The translations under genes were made by a program, and so were the position numbers. Of a stretch of 64,000 bases of DNA, positions 48,077 through 60,920 are shown in pieces. The notes under the pieces are model-generated. The model searched no databases, was not told the DNA's origin, and saw only the letters and a list, made by a program, of their open reading frames with translations. Every line of letters starts with the position of its first letter. Position 1 is the first letter of the stretch. The stretch comes from Toensbergia leucococca (lineage: Eukaryota), in assembly GCA_022813965.1 (NCBI GenBank), contig JALDZS010000037.1, positions 62,001 to 126,000 on the forward strand. Direction: 5' to 3'.

Positions 48077-49523
48077 ATGCCTTTGCTCTTCCCAACCCAG
48101 GGTACACTTAGCGAAGCCTTCTCAACTTCTTTGCCCTTCGGACGTGCACCGTCAGAGCCACAAGGTCAACAAAGTCCTTCGCATAGAGCTCCATCTGACC
48201 GTTACCTCGCTTGGAGCGCCGTTGATGATGTCAAAAGTAAGGCAGGCGCGTTGAGTAACGAGGCTCAGAAGGAGCTTCAGAAGGCTAGCCAGGCAGCCCA
48301 AGCAAAACCCGGCAAGATAGAGCTTTACTCTTCAAAGTACTACGCAGCCTGTATACTGGGAGGTCTTCTGGCTTGTGTAGGTATACCAAGTGCCCAAGAC
48401 AACCCTTGATGGCTCATCAGCAGGGTAGGGTACTACACATACGGCAGTAACTCCCTTGGACCTGGTCAAATGTCGTCGCCAAGTTGACTCGAAGATGTAC
48501 AAAGGTAATTTTGAGGCCTGGGGCAAGATCGGCCGCGCCGAGGGTATGCGTGGCATCTTCACCGGCTGGAGTCCTACTTTTTTTGGATACTCTGTAGGCG
48601 CCCTCGCCCTCTGAAAGTGTTGCTATAGATGCTCATTAGTGTTGATAGGTTCAAGGAGCTTTCAAGTATGGAGGATATGAGTTTTTCAAGAAGTTTTATT
48701 CGGATCTAGCCGGAGAAGATATGGCGTACCGTTACAAAACATCAATCTATTTGACCGCCAGTGCTTCTGCAGAATTCATCGCCGACGTTGGCCTTTGTCC
48801 ATTTGAAGCGGTCAAGGTGCGAATGCAGACGACAATTCCGCCATTCGCAACTGGCACTTTCAATGGTCTATCTACTATCGTCGCCAAGGAGGGCACGGCT
48901 GGGCAAGTTTACTTTTCCATCCATAAAGCTATGTTTTCACTAGCTGACGGATAGTCAGTTTGTACAAGGGATTGTATCCTCTCTGGGCCCGTCAAATTCC
49001 ATATGTATGAAAGCCGGTGGGCTCGGATTTCCACGGAGCAGATATGGCTGACTCTCTGTATAGACCATGATGAAGTTTGCTTCGTTCGAGACTATCGTTG
49101 AGGCAATGTACAACTACATGCCAGGGCAGAAATCTGACTACAGCAAAGGAGCCCAAACCGGTGTCTCCTTTGCTGGAGGTTATCTCGCCGGCATTCTCTG
49201 TGCTATCGTCTCCCACCCTGCCGACGTCATGGTCAGCAAACTCAACGCCAATCGTCAACCTGGAGAAGCCTTTCGAGCGGCCATTGGACGTATCTACAAG
49301 GACATTGGATTTGGCGGTCTCTGGAACGGCCTGGCCGTCAGGATTGTCATGATTGGCACTCTTACCGGACTTCAATGGATGATGTAAGCCAATCTCCATC
49401 AAGGATTTAAATTCCCTGCTAACCAGTTGTCCCCCGCATAGTTATGACTCGTTCAAGATCGCTCTCGGATTACCGTCTACTGGAGGTGCACCGCCACCAA
49501 TCAAGGAGAAGATATTAGCGTGA
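48077..49523 (+). CDS. PIC2: Mitochondrial phosphate carrier (PIC2/SLC25A3 type), spliced
   Basis: Carrier signatures PLDLVK, PFEAVK and PADVMV, plus [21 protein letters not shown] and MIGTLT.LQW. Confidence 0.88.
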
Positions 49524-50477
49524 GAAAGAACACGGATTAATCAACGTTTCGATCAGCGTTGTAAATGTGCAAAAGCAGAGATCGGGATAGCTCCGCTCGA
49601 TTCTGTTAGCATACACCGAAGCGTGCCATATGGGAACCTCAGGAGCTGGGCGGTTGAATGATGCAGATGTTGACTCTAATTGAGACAGCTTGAGATCTCC
49701 TTTGCGTTGGCGGCCTGATTTCAGAAATTTGAGTAATGCTTTGACTACGGTATTGCGAAGCTCTTTTGTTGTGTATATCTTACACGCAAGATTGTGATTA
49801 TTTCAGGATTGAACCTTCCAATCTCCGTTCTATACATGTATGTTTCTACGGAGTATCAATAGATTGCACCCCCAATACCATACTTCCCAGTCTTTTGATT
49901 TATTTCCTTGGCAGGTCCAGCGGAGAAATCGAAGTCAGCGGAAACTAAACAAAGTTGATAGACGCGCTCGAGGCATGACTGTAAGTCTACAACCGGTAGG
50001 CGGTAGGGGCTTATCGGAGCGGGTAGGGGTGGGATATTTTGATTGAGTAAAAAGTACCTCTGGATAATTGCCAGGTTGAAACATTGAAGCGGCTATCAAT
50101 ATGGCTGCACGCTAGAGCGTGTCGCTTTCTGAGGTGCGTCTGTCGTCATCACATGTGCATATCCTGCGTCTTCTACTCGTATCTCTCCGAGAAGAAAGTA
50201 GAAAGTGCCAAGTCAAGACATGGAGTCTATAAACCAGCATTCATCCACACGCCATTCCGCTTTTCATATTGCTGCATATCATTCACCTGTCCTTCCTACC
50301 AACTCCCGCCGAGGTCTCCCAGCCAGGAGAATTTCTACGTCATAGCCCCTCGGCGCAAAGCCGTTGAAACTAAAAACCCACAGTACTTATCGAAATATCT
50401 GAACAAGTGCTCCATTGCTGACGGCACTCGTTGCAGCAGACCTCTCTCATCTTGTTTGATTCCCCATAACGCACACC

Positions 50478-51200
50478 ATGTCCAATAAAGAGCCCACCGT
50501 ATCCCACGGCATTGGAGGTAATTCCCCGCAAAAACAGCCCCAGCGCACCTCGTCAACATTGACACCATGGATCTCTAGGCGCCGCAAACATTGGACGAGA
50601 CAGCACAGTGTAAGAGCTTATCCCCTCGCCCTCTCCAAACTCTTGCAAGACGGTGGCTTCCTACCCTCACATTCACTCCCTAATCGCCCTCTTTTTCTTA
50701 CCCAAGCAACACCACACTAACATCCCCCGCCTCCAGCTACACTGACGGCGAAATCGTCCGCGAAGGCCCAGTCGGCGACCAAGGTGACGGCGCCTACTCA
50801 TCCGGAGTACGTAATCCCCTTCTCCCAATCGCGCTCCCTACGCATCAAAAATACTAACACTCCTCACTCCAGCGCGGAGGCGCAGCGAACATTGGCTCTC
50901 CGGGCCAAAGACCACATAAAGGCCCCCAGGGCGACGACGACGTGGTCCCAGATGTCGCGGTACATGAACGTGATTATGAAAATTACCATACGGGAGTAGG
51001 TGCTTGCTCTTTTATCTCCCCCACCCAAATGGCTAGACTTACGGATTTACCCTCATTTTTAGGGGGTGACGAATGCTGATTTGTTTCTGTGATTTAAATA
51101 GCGAGGCGGGGAAGGGAATGTGCACCGGGAAGAAGAAAAAGTTGCGGTTCATGAGGGCTTGGCGGATAAGTTGAAGCATAAGATGTTTGGGAAGAAGTAG
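50478..51200 (+). CDS. Small DUF3602/Par32-like protein with RGG(A/E)xN repeats, 5 exons
   Basis: SHGIGG|AANIG, AYSSG|RGGAANIG, YHTG|RGGEGNVH and GLADKLKHKMFGKK*. Confidence 0.75.
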
Positions 51201-51744
51201 GATAGGAGGAAGTAAGGCCCTTTGTTTTTCCCCCCGAGAACCCTGGGGAATTTGGTTGTGAGGAGGGGGGAAGCTCCAGTGTGCAAAGTGGCCATGCTCA
51301 TTTGATGATACATCCGGAGTCATGGCTTCCATATTAGCTTATTCATGCCGAAATGGACCTTTCAATCATGCAAGAGCTACTTTCTCCCATTATCTTTGAT
51401 TGCTCGTGAGTGGCTCACGCATGAGTTCATGACGTGCAGCTGTTGGTGAGAAATCACCGGTTATGTTAGAACAATGATTTGAGCGGAGCTTCAACATTCT
51501 CCACCACCTAGGTCATGATATGACTTGGTGATGTTGGGACGAGAAATGCCCATTGTCATAAAATCCAGTAAACATTGACAAGGGAAAGGGGTCTACTAGT
51601 TTTAGGGGAATCAATACCAAATACACTGATATCAAGAAATTTGTCTTCAAAAATCCGCCAACACCACCCCCTTGGCCCTCCTCTGCCTCCATGAAAACGC
51701 ACAACCTGAAATGCGCAAACCCGGCCACCTCTTCCCAAAAATGC

Positions 51745-53861
51745 TCACCCGGCATGCTTGATCCGACTCGTCGCATACGCCGCCCCAATCGCACTCAACG
51801 CCCCAATAAACAAACACACCCCAATAGCGTTCGGCCCCCCCTGCTTCAATCCCTCCTGGCCCTCCTCCCCCGCCAACTCGGGACTCTTCCCGGGCTCGAG
51901 CAACGTGAAAACAATCATGCTGATAAACGTGCCCACGAATTGCGGCAGCGTAGTGAACAGATTCAGAATGCCGAGATAGATACCCGCGGTCTCGCCGGTA
52001 GAGGAATCGGTCGCATCGTCGTCGAGGTCGCGGTCGAGGTGGTTGAGGCGGAGAAGAGTCGGGGAAGGGGTGGGGGAGTCGAAGTCGTCGGCTGTGGTAG
52101 AGAGGCGGCGGTAAGAGGAGCCGTTAGCGAGAATGGTGTTTGGGGCTGTAAGGCGGTTGATTTCGATGCCCATGAACGCAAAAGGAGCCCAGCAGGCGAG
52201 GGCCCAGGGGCTGGAGGGAGTAGGGCAGTTAGTAGATGGAGGCAGATGGGGATTGCGAGGGGTGAGACTTACATTCCGCAGACTGAGACGAGGATGGTTG
52301 CGAATCGCAAGGATCTTACGAATGGGGCAAGGGACATTGCGGCGGCGAAGATGAGATGGCTGATAGTCCAGGCGGTCAGGAGATCTGGTTTGCTTGCATT
52401 TACTGCTTTGATGAAGGAGGCGAGCATTGGGGGCGGCCGGGGCGTGAAGCCTCGTTTCTCGTCTTCGGGGGATTTAACAATCCATGGAAGGATGATGGAA
52501 CCTGCGAATGTGATGATGGAGAAGATGACCAAGGAGAGCGAACCGATACGGCCGATGTCGCCGAGAGTGTCGGTAGAGGCTTGGGCTGCGGCGGGATTCG
52601 AATAGCGGAAGTAGGTCTCGCCGACCCAGGTTGGGCTGTAGAAAAGGAAGGGAAACCAGCCTGGCTGAGAATTAGCTCCCTGATCACAATACTTTGAATG
52701 AAAGGCAAATAAGCTCTTACCAATCCACGCCCAGAATTGAGCCCAACAAATAGCCTGGATTCGGTTGGGCAGATGCAGCGTTGTCTTGAAAATCTGGGCA
52801 ACCATTTTCACTGCTCCAGACTTGGAATCCGAATCTCTGTTGATCTCTGAGCTTGTGTTCAGAAGCACAGCCAATGGACATCTCACCGAGCTGAAATCAA
52901 GACTCGTTCCTCGACAGCGTACGAAGTAATGCCCACAGCAATGAGCAACGCAGCAGCCGCGATGACTGTTAATTGTTTGAATTGGGAGTCTCCCAAAGTT
53001 TTCCCAAAAATCTTTACGAGATCCATAGTCCCAGCGCCGTAACCGATCAGATGGCCAACGGCAACCATCCTAGTTGCTTCAGGATCTCAATGACTGTATG
53101 AATGCTGCGCGGAGAGAGAAAACTTACCCCAGGCAGATCCAAGTTGCTGCTTCGGGATTGGTAGAGTGTCCACTATCAAACTTCGGCATGATGACTGGAC
53201 TAGAGCAGGTGTTAGTATGACATGCACGTCAAAGTTGGGGTAGGATTGGAATACCAGCGTTAATGGCAAAGTCCACGGCATAAATGCTAAGAATTGCAAG
53301 AGCTATAGTACAGGTACTCTTCTGTAATAACGATTTTGTAAGACTCCAGCCATACGTGATGTTCCTCTCTCCAACCTTACCGTGTCCGGGTTTTTCACGA
53401 AGAGCCCAACTATTTCCGCTGTCCAGCCAAGGACCAACAAGCATAGGCCAACAATGATTGATCCACCCACCATGAATGGCCTTCGTCTCCCCCATTTTGA
53501 CCTTGATCTATCTGCAATCACTCCCACGATAGGTTGCATTATCAGGCCCGAAAGCGGCCCAGCAATCCAGACCATGGAGGTGTGGCTTTTAGTCAGACCG
53601 AGTTGAAGCAAATAAGGAGTACAATCTATCACACAGATTAGCATAGAGTTTTGGGTGTGCGACTTTTTGTCTTACATGTCATTTCTATGCCCCATGTAAA
53701 TCTGTAGCAATACTTGTGAGTATAGTGTTCACAGAGAGGAATCCGAAATGAGAAATGGCTTACTGAAGTCCGATCAAACTGAAGGTCAACAAAGCCATTC
53801 GTATGGACTCTGTTGACCCCTTGATGGATGGCGTGCCGGTCCATGATGCAGCCTGAGGCAT
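51745..53861 (-). CDS. Sucrose/general alpha-glucoside transporter (GPH/SUT family, MFS), multi-exon
   Basis: WTGTPSIKGS, FTWGIEMT, WIAGPLSGLIMQP, WGRRRPF, DFAINA, WIG|WFPFLFY and GIYLGILN...TLPQ. Confidence 0.9.
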
Positions 53862-54550
53862 TTGCCCACCAGAGTAGCTCGAGGTCGTACTCCCTCATAT
53901 AACAAGGCCAGTGCGAATACGTGCAGGATTTGGCAGCTGAGGATACAAGATACTCCCGCACCGATTTTCACATGCAATTTCTCCTCCTCAACCGGCTTTC
54001 GAAAAAAACTTCAGCTGCAAGACCTCGAGACTTGATCACGGTAAAATGTGTCCGGCATACATTGTTGAAACGAGGAAGAGATTTTGGGGCTCAAAGGGAC
54101 ACGCTATTCTATGTACTCTTGTGCCTCCGGCTTCGCCAACGATACTCAGCCACGCGTACGCACGAGGGCAGGGAGGCAGGTCGCCCCAAGCCAACACAGA
54201 GTACGATAACAAAAATCTCGTAATCATTTTCGTCTTGATCCGGAATGTTTAACACTCAGAGCAGTACAACTCATGTCTCAGCAGATCTACGGAGTATATG
54301 TTAACAATCTCGGCTTGGTCGCTGAAATAAACGCAGTCCACTAATTAACAGTGACACAAGACTACAGCTGTTACTATCAACAAGTAGTATCATGTCAACG
54401 TCGTTCATCATCTCATCTAATACGGGGACTAGTATTATGTTGGTCGGAAATACTGTGCAAAGGCGAACCACGCTCAAACACTGCATCTTAAAGTCAATAA
54501 GCCAGGTCGTCGTTTCTTAATCGTCACGTCTATTGCATTTCCCAATCCGC

Positions 54551-56468
54551 TCACAACTTATTGGGGTCCTGCTGCGTCATTGGCCACTGGTAGCCTGCTG
54601 GGTCGCTGAACTTATACCCGTAAGAAGATGTAAAGTCATCCAAAACGGCGGGTCCGCGCGAGCCTGAACTCAATCAGTATGTTGTCCTTTATTGTCATAG
54701 CACCTGCATTGAGTACGTACCGTAAGGATAATCCATAGGCGTAATTTCCTTGTTGCCGTCTAGATAATGTAGCAGAGGGCTGAACACCCTCCAGCTAGCA
54801 TCAAGTTCATCGTCGCGAACGAAATTAGAATGGTCTCCTTTCAAAGCATCAAGAATCAGCGACTCGTAAGCTTCGGGAATCTTAAGATCGGAGAATCGTC
54901 TTCGATAGGTCAGATCGAGCTCGGTGACTACAGTCTGCATGCTTAAGCCGGGCAGCTTCGAGTTCATCTTGATGTAGACCGATTCGTTTGGCTGTACTCT
55001 AATGACAAGCTCGTTCCGCGGAATGTCCTTGAAAATCCCAGAAGTGACATCCTTGAACTGGATGCGTACCTCAGTCTTCTGCTCGTTTAGTGCTGCAACA
55101 TATCAGTACGTTGTACAAGATATGCTATCTGGACTGATCGTTCACCTTTTCCAGCCTTAAGTATGAACGGTACACCATCCCATCTCTCATTCTTGATATA
55201 TGCGACCATGGCGCAGAATGTTGGACATCTCGAATCTTTAGGAACAGTGTCGTCCTCCTTGTATGCAGGCTTACTACCGTCCATTGACTTGCCGTATTGG
55301 CCAATTATGACATTTTTAGGCTCAATAGCAGGAATACCCCTTAGAACTCGGACCTTTTCGTCACGAATGTCTTCCGAGGAGAATGAAATTGGTCTTTCCA
55401 TCGCAAGTAGGGTGAGAACTTGCAATAAATGGTTCTGCATGACATCGCGGATGATGCCAAATTCGTCGAAATATCCTCCCCTGCCCTCGGTGCCGAACGG
55501 TTCTTTGAAAGATATCTGTACATTGTCTATATGGTTACGGTTCCACGTGGCTCCGAAAAATTCGTTTCCAAATCTGAGGATTAGAATATTCTTGACCATT
55601 TCCTTGCCCAGGTAATGGTCAATGCGGAAGATTTCCTCCTCGTTCCAATCTGGTTCCAGTGCCTTCTGCAGTTGTCTTGAACTACCAAGATCTTTCCCGA
55701 ACGGCTTCTCAACAATAATGCGGGCAATCCCTTTCTCAGGATAGCAATTTTTTTTCAGATGCTGTGAGACAGTAATGAATACGCTAGGTGGGAGTGCCAT
55801 ATAAAAAACTCGATTGTGCTCTTTTCGTCCTTGCTCGAGCTCCTCCAAGTGTTTCCTGAGATTCACAAACGATTCGTCTTGATCGTACTGTCCCGAGATG
55901 TACGTGCACAGTTTGCAGAAGTCTTCCAGTTGCTGCTCCATCTCTTTTGTGGGGACCTTGATGTACGACCTGACCCGTTTGATGTATTCCTCATGGTCCA
56001 TCTTTGTCCGTGCATATCCGACGATCTTGATATCTTTGGGGAGAAACTGATTGCGATGCTGCCCTCTGATGAGCTGAGATTTTTCATTTCATGGACGTTT
56101 GTAACATACAAGGCCAAATAAGGCAGGGAACTACAACCGAAAAATCAGCCTCTGCGCTCGAGTCGTCCAGCGAGTGCTATTCTTACCGTCTTTTTCTTTG
56201 CTAGGTCGCCAGACGCTCCTAGAACGACAATGGTTGTGTTATCTTTAAGCTCGATAGTGCTACATGAAAGACCACGATTAGTAGACACTCTTTATAACTT
56301 ATCTGCTTGATGGTTGAGCATAGGGCAAAGATCAAACAAGGGACCAATCTCTAACCCAAACATGCTAAAGCCCTGGTAGACGATGTAGTGCATGCTAGAG
56401 AGAGGCGTCGGTTGATAAACTCACCCAATGTTCTCGGGCTCATCAGGATGGATCATAGTGTCAGCCAT
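54551..56468 (-). CDS. ZWF1: Glucose-6-phosphate 1-dehydrogenase, multi-exon
   Basis: GASGDLAKKKT, EKPFG, RIDHYLGKE, RDVMQNH, RWDGVPF and EAYE.L. Confidence 0.97.
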
Positions 56469-57279
56469 GATGGAGACAAGGAAACGAAAGACTTTAGGAA
56501 TGATATATGTATTTGAAGTGATTATCGTGCCATGTAAAGTTCAACAGTATCCCCAGGTTAAGTCGTCAGAGAATTGAATACTTGGTGGGCTGGTGGGATG
56601 GCCGTTGCTTGCATAATTGAATGACAGTACCAGCTAACCTCATCTGTAATGCCGGTCTTTCCGTTTCGGATTGCCGATCATCAAACAAACAGCCCAAAGT
56701 CCACAGGTTTAGGCGTTAAGACACAAATGGATATTAACAGCAGTGTATCTAGAAAGTGTCTGTTACAGGCTGAGTATGTTATTGAGTGACATTGAAAAAC
56801 CCGATGATGACGATAGTAAATTACTTGAATGAAAAGAAAGTCAGGGGTAGTTTCGTATGCACTTTTCCGGTACTCACGGAGTAGAGTAAACGTAATTACT
56901 TGATCAGAGAGTTTTGTTTGTTTCTATGGGTACCACCACAATTGTTGTCAGGTGTGCAGATCGATCAACGACAAAGATACGCAAATTCTGAAGACCTGAA
57001 GACTGGGCTCACGAAATAGATAGAGTGGTAAGTAGAGTACCTCAATCGTTGACACAGACTCAATGGATACTTACCTAGGTCAAAAACCCTAGAAAGCCCA
57101 AGCAGCTAAACTATTTCTGACACTAGCGCCATCACCACAAATTCGCTTCACGGAATTCCTTTGGATGTGGTACCCTACTTTGATGTTACGACATCGTCAA
57201 ATTCTCTTACTCTACCTTTCTATTTATTGATATTCTACGTCCTTTCGATCCCCTCATCCAACTTAATTCGGTTGTCAAT

Positions 57280-58038
57280 ATGCCCTCTGACGCAGGACAC
57301 CGGTGTAAGTACTCTGTCATCCAGAGTGACTCCCATGCGCTTCTCTCGATTTCTCGCATACAGCTGACTGCTTGTAATTACAGTATATGTGAAGTAAGTC
57401 TTTAAACAGTTAAAAGTCGAATCTGGAAAACAGAGCCGTTCTTCAGACGTTGGCCGGAGCACATGCAAGAGTTGGACCGTGGGATAAAGGACTGACAAGC
57501 TTCCTGTGTAATAGGGGTCGTCATCTCAGCTACCAACGTGGAAAGGTTTCTTCCCTTCAATCTTGGAATGAAGAATGGGTCAGCTGATTTGCGCAATGTA
57601 GCGCAACACAAATCCTGGTACAAGGTGCGTTAGGGGTACGCAGACTTCATAGGGAATGAATGGCTGATGAATTCCCAGTTTAATCAAGATCGAAGGCGTT
57701 GAAGACCCAAAAGCAGCCACGTGAGAGCATCCGTACATCCGGATTTTGACTTGAAAAGGCTGATAGAGCTGTTACCTTAGCTTTTACCTCGGAAAGAAAG
57801 TCGCCTTTGTCTATCGTGCACATAGAGAAATCCGGGGGACGAAGATTCGTGTGATCTGGGGCAAAGTCACACGGCCACATGGTACGTGAAATAAGGCGCT
57901 ATGTCATTTGATGGGAATCTTGTCTAATTACTACGATCAGGCAACTCGGGAGTCGTGAGGGCTCAATTTAGACGTAATCTTCCTCCTAAGTCATTCGGTG
58001 CTTCAGTCAGGGTTATGTTATATCCATCTTCGATTTAG
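57280..58038 (+). CDS. RPL33: 60S ribosomal protein eL33 (L33/L35a), 7 exons; not in the ORF track
   Basis: Spliced protein [39 protein letters not shown]..|[50 protein letters not shown]. Confidence 0.95.
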
Positions 58039-58983
58039 CGCTTCCAATGTTCATAACCGGCTGGACTTGATCATAGGCAGCACCATGGAAACAGAGGCAG
58101 GCGTGTGTTGGAGGGAACGGAAGGATACAATGCTAAAGCGTTTCGTGCTATGGCATTTCCTCACTTGGCTGTTGCTTATAGCCGTTCTAGAAAAACCAAA
58201 ACATCATCTTCCCTAGTCTGCAATACCTCATCAATGCTGAAATACCAGAGATACCACACTAAAGCTACTATACTGAAGATAGGTATAAGGTAGCGAATAA
58301 GGTAGGCCTAGTGCCTAGCATCACCGAGCTCTGCAGAGCCACGCAAGCTCCTAGGCATCTTTAACTCCATGCCTGATCATGTTCGTGATTGTGACCCAAT
58401 GATCGAAATGTATTTTATTGTGCCGATTACAATTATAACAAATTTACCTGTCCATGCTTAGCAGCTACGAGTGGCTCGATTTAGTAGACTTCTGAGCAAT
58501 TCATACCCTCGCACACAAGAAACACCTTTGTAGGGTGCTCTTCACTCATTACTCAGCTGTGTATCGACTTAAGTCCGGGGGCCTCGATTCCCCCAGCACT
58601 CCACCGCATCCTTCAAGGTCCCTGATCCCGGCAAGCGCACATCTCACGATTTTCTTTGCCGTTATCATCTTTCCCCCCAGCCACTTTCACTTGTACAAGC
58701 ATCCTCATGATTAGGACACATTCGCTATTTTGTTTCATCTTCTACCCAACTTGCTTCCTACGCCTGTCACGCAACCGCCTTGACATCCCGTTCGTTTTCA
58801 GCAATAACTCTGCATCATTACGTCCTTCCCTGTAAACATAGACTAGAATCCCAACATAACCACACACCACCGTCGCTACTCTTCTCTACTTTACTAATAT
58901 TACCTCTCATACGCTCGTTCTCCTATTCAAAGCTTCAGCTTCTTTCCCTTATCGCCTTTCATCATCTGCAGCATCCTGTCAGC

Positions 58984-60454
58984 ATGGAGCGACCACGCTC
59001 AAAGTCGATCCTGAGTTTCGCTAGCCATAAAAGCAACGGATCAGTCGGGAAGGTTGATTTGACCGAGTCAGCCAAGGATAAGAATTCACGCAGGATAAAC
59101 ACGAAGGCAGATCCTTCCAAAGCTCTAAATGAAGCACAACCAGGTACGTTGCAGGACGAAGGCGTTTTTTAGCAGTTTCGTTAATAGTAAATAGCTACAC
59201 AAGCTCTTGATAAGTCAACTTTGGAATCCATTCGCTCCATTCAGCATCGGGACAAGAATGGAAACCTCATAAGTATACTCCCTTACCGCCTTAGTCTGCG
59301 ACAATCATTAATGAAATTTTAGCGGATCCAGATCTATCCAATCCAACTCGACCCCGCTTGGAGCGTCCTTTAGACACAATAAGATCCTTCGAGGCAGCGA
59401 TTGAAGAGAAATATAACAGGAGGCCGCAATCCACAGTTGGTATGAAAGTCTGAAAGCTAGGCAGCTATTGAGAGTGCTGACTGAATGCTACTCCAGAGTC
59501 CTCTGACGCTCTCAGCCCTCAGAGTCGAAGAAGCGGATACTATCAAGGTACGAATGAAACCTCTCATACACTCCCATTAGCATCAAAAAACCACCAGTCT
59601 TCTCTCATTGTTAAGCATTGAGATTTTCCACATAATAAAAGGGCGCTACGTTATCCGTACCTCGTAATATTCTCAATTTTTAGGCCGCGCGTTACCCTAT
59701 TTGCGCAGTGCTAAAGGATCACTTGGCGATCTCCCGTCATCTTTACTCAATTTAATAATCTCTAGGTCAGATTGTTGACTTTGTATTGTCAATAGGTTTG
59801 AACTCTCAACAACGAAATAATGGTGATAGTGGAGGATTCTATGGCAATCGCATGAGCTCAGCAAGGCCTACTAGCTATATTGATAATTTTGGAACCTCGG
59901 GAAACCAATACAACCAGAATCGTCGGTTCAGTCAGCGGATTAATTCTGACCCGACTTTGTACGGTCATAATGTTCAAGGTGGTATTTATCCCTCGCCCGG
60001 ATTTCAGCAGTCATACGATACCGTAGCTTCGGCAACTAATAGCCATGGCACGGATCAGTGGGGAAATTCGACAGATCCGAGCAGTGAGAATAGCTCTATC
60101 GATAAAATCCATCAAACAGCTAAGCCAGACGTTGGAGAGGCTTACGGTTTCAATGGCTTCGGAGGGGCTCCAAGTATTCAAGGACCCATTCTAGAGGAGC
60201 ATGGCCAAGATGCTCCAGCGTATGGGCAACCCGGATACGGGAAGTCACAAAAGGCAGTCGGAGCTGGCAACCCTTACCAAGGTAATGGCGTTGGGTCTGG
60301 CCCTGCGCCTCCGGTACCTCAAAAAGGAAACCCTCCTAGGGTACCGATCAAGCTTGGAAACTCGTCCAACGCCGCCACAATCGCAGCTAGTCCCCGATCC
60401 GATAATACTGAAAAGCGCAAGAGTTGGATCAAGAGGAGGTTCAGCAAAGGCTAG
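58984..60454 (+). CDS. Conserved fungal protein, DUF2406-like, multi-exon
   Basis: KADPSKALNEAQP, HRDKNG, DPDLSNPTRPRLERPLDTIRSFEAAI and C-terminal KRKSWIKRRFSK. Confidence 0.8.
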
Positions 60455-60920
60455 AGCCTTACCTGACATTGAGGCGTTGGGTAATTGATATCAGTCCTTG
60501 CATGGCTTCGGACGGCGAGAAGTTCGCTGTCGTAGACTCGATGAGGGAGCCTAATGTGCAGGGCATTACTAATTGGACCTGGTCATGATCAGCATTGATG
60601 GCGTTATGGGAGTCTCTGTTATCTTCAATGGCCGAGCAAAGATCCACAAGCGTCCAACCAGTCAGTACACACGCTGCACATACGTTAATTAGCACCGTAC
60701 TGGCACGCTATCCGTACATGCTTTGTAAATTCATGACTTTTTTCATCAATAAGTTTAATTATAGGTAATGAAAGCGGCATGAAGCTATGATGTTAAAAGT
60801 CTCACCAGAAGTTTAGTGCAGTCATTTGAAACTGAAGTCCTAGTTCGAAATGGGTCTGAACCTTCGTAAATTTGCTGGCCGCCCTTAGAGGTTAGATGAA
60901 ATAAAGAAATGCAGAGCCTG

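Noticed and set aside
49657..49720. ATGATG...CTGA, possible C/D box snoRNA
   Set aside because: The C box is imperfect (ATGATGC), no recognisable rRNA guide was found, and it lies in the probable carrier 3'UTR.
51691..52605. 304-aa + strand ORF and other long antisense ORFs (e.g. 15655-16014, 39414-40019, 55163-55615)
   Set aside because: Antisense shadows of real genes, helped by biased codon usage; no recognisable domains.
1668..56468. Stop-codon readthrough (TGA-CTA) generating cryptic peroxisomal isoforms
   Set aside because: The stops of HEM12, FCY1, CAP2, MDE1, MMSDH, the epimerase, the carrier and G6PD were checked; none has the TGA-CTA context.
57067..57080. ATACTTACCT, resembling the 5' end of U1 snRNA (also on the minus strand at about 7555)
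   Set aside because: No U1 stem-loop I/II loop sequences or Sm site follow. It is simply the complement of a splice-donor-like AGGTAAGTAT.
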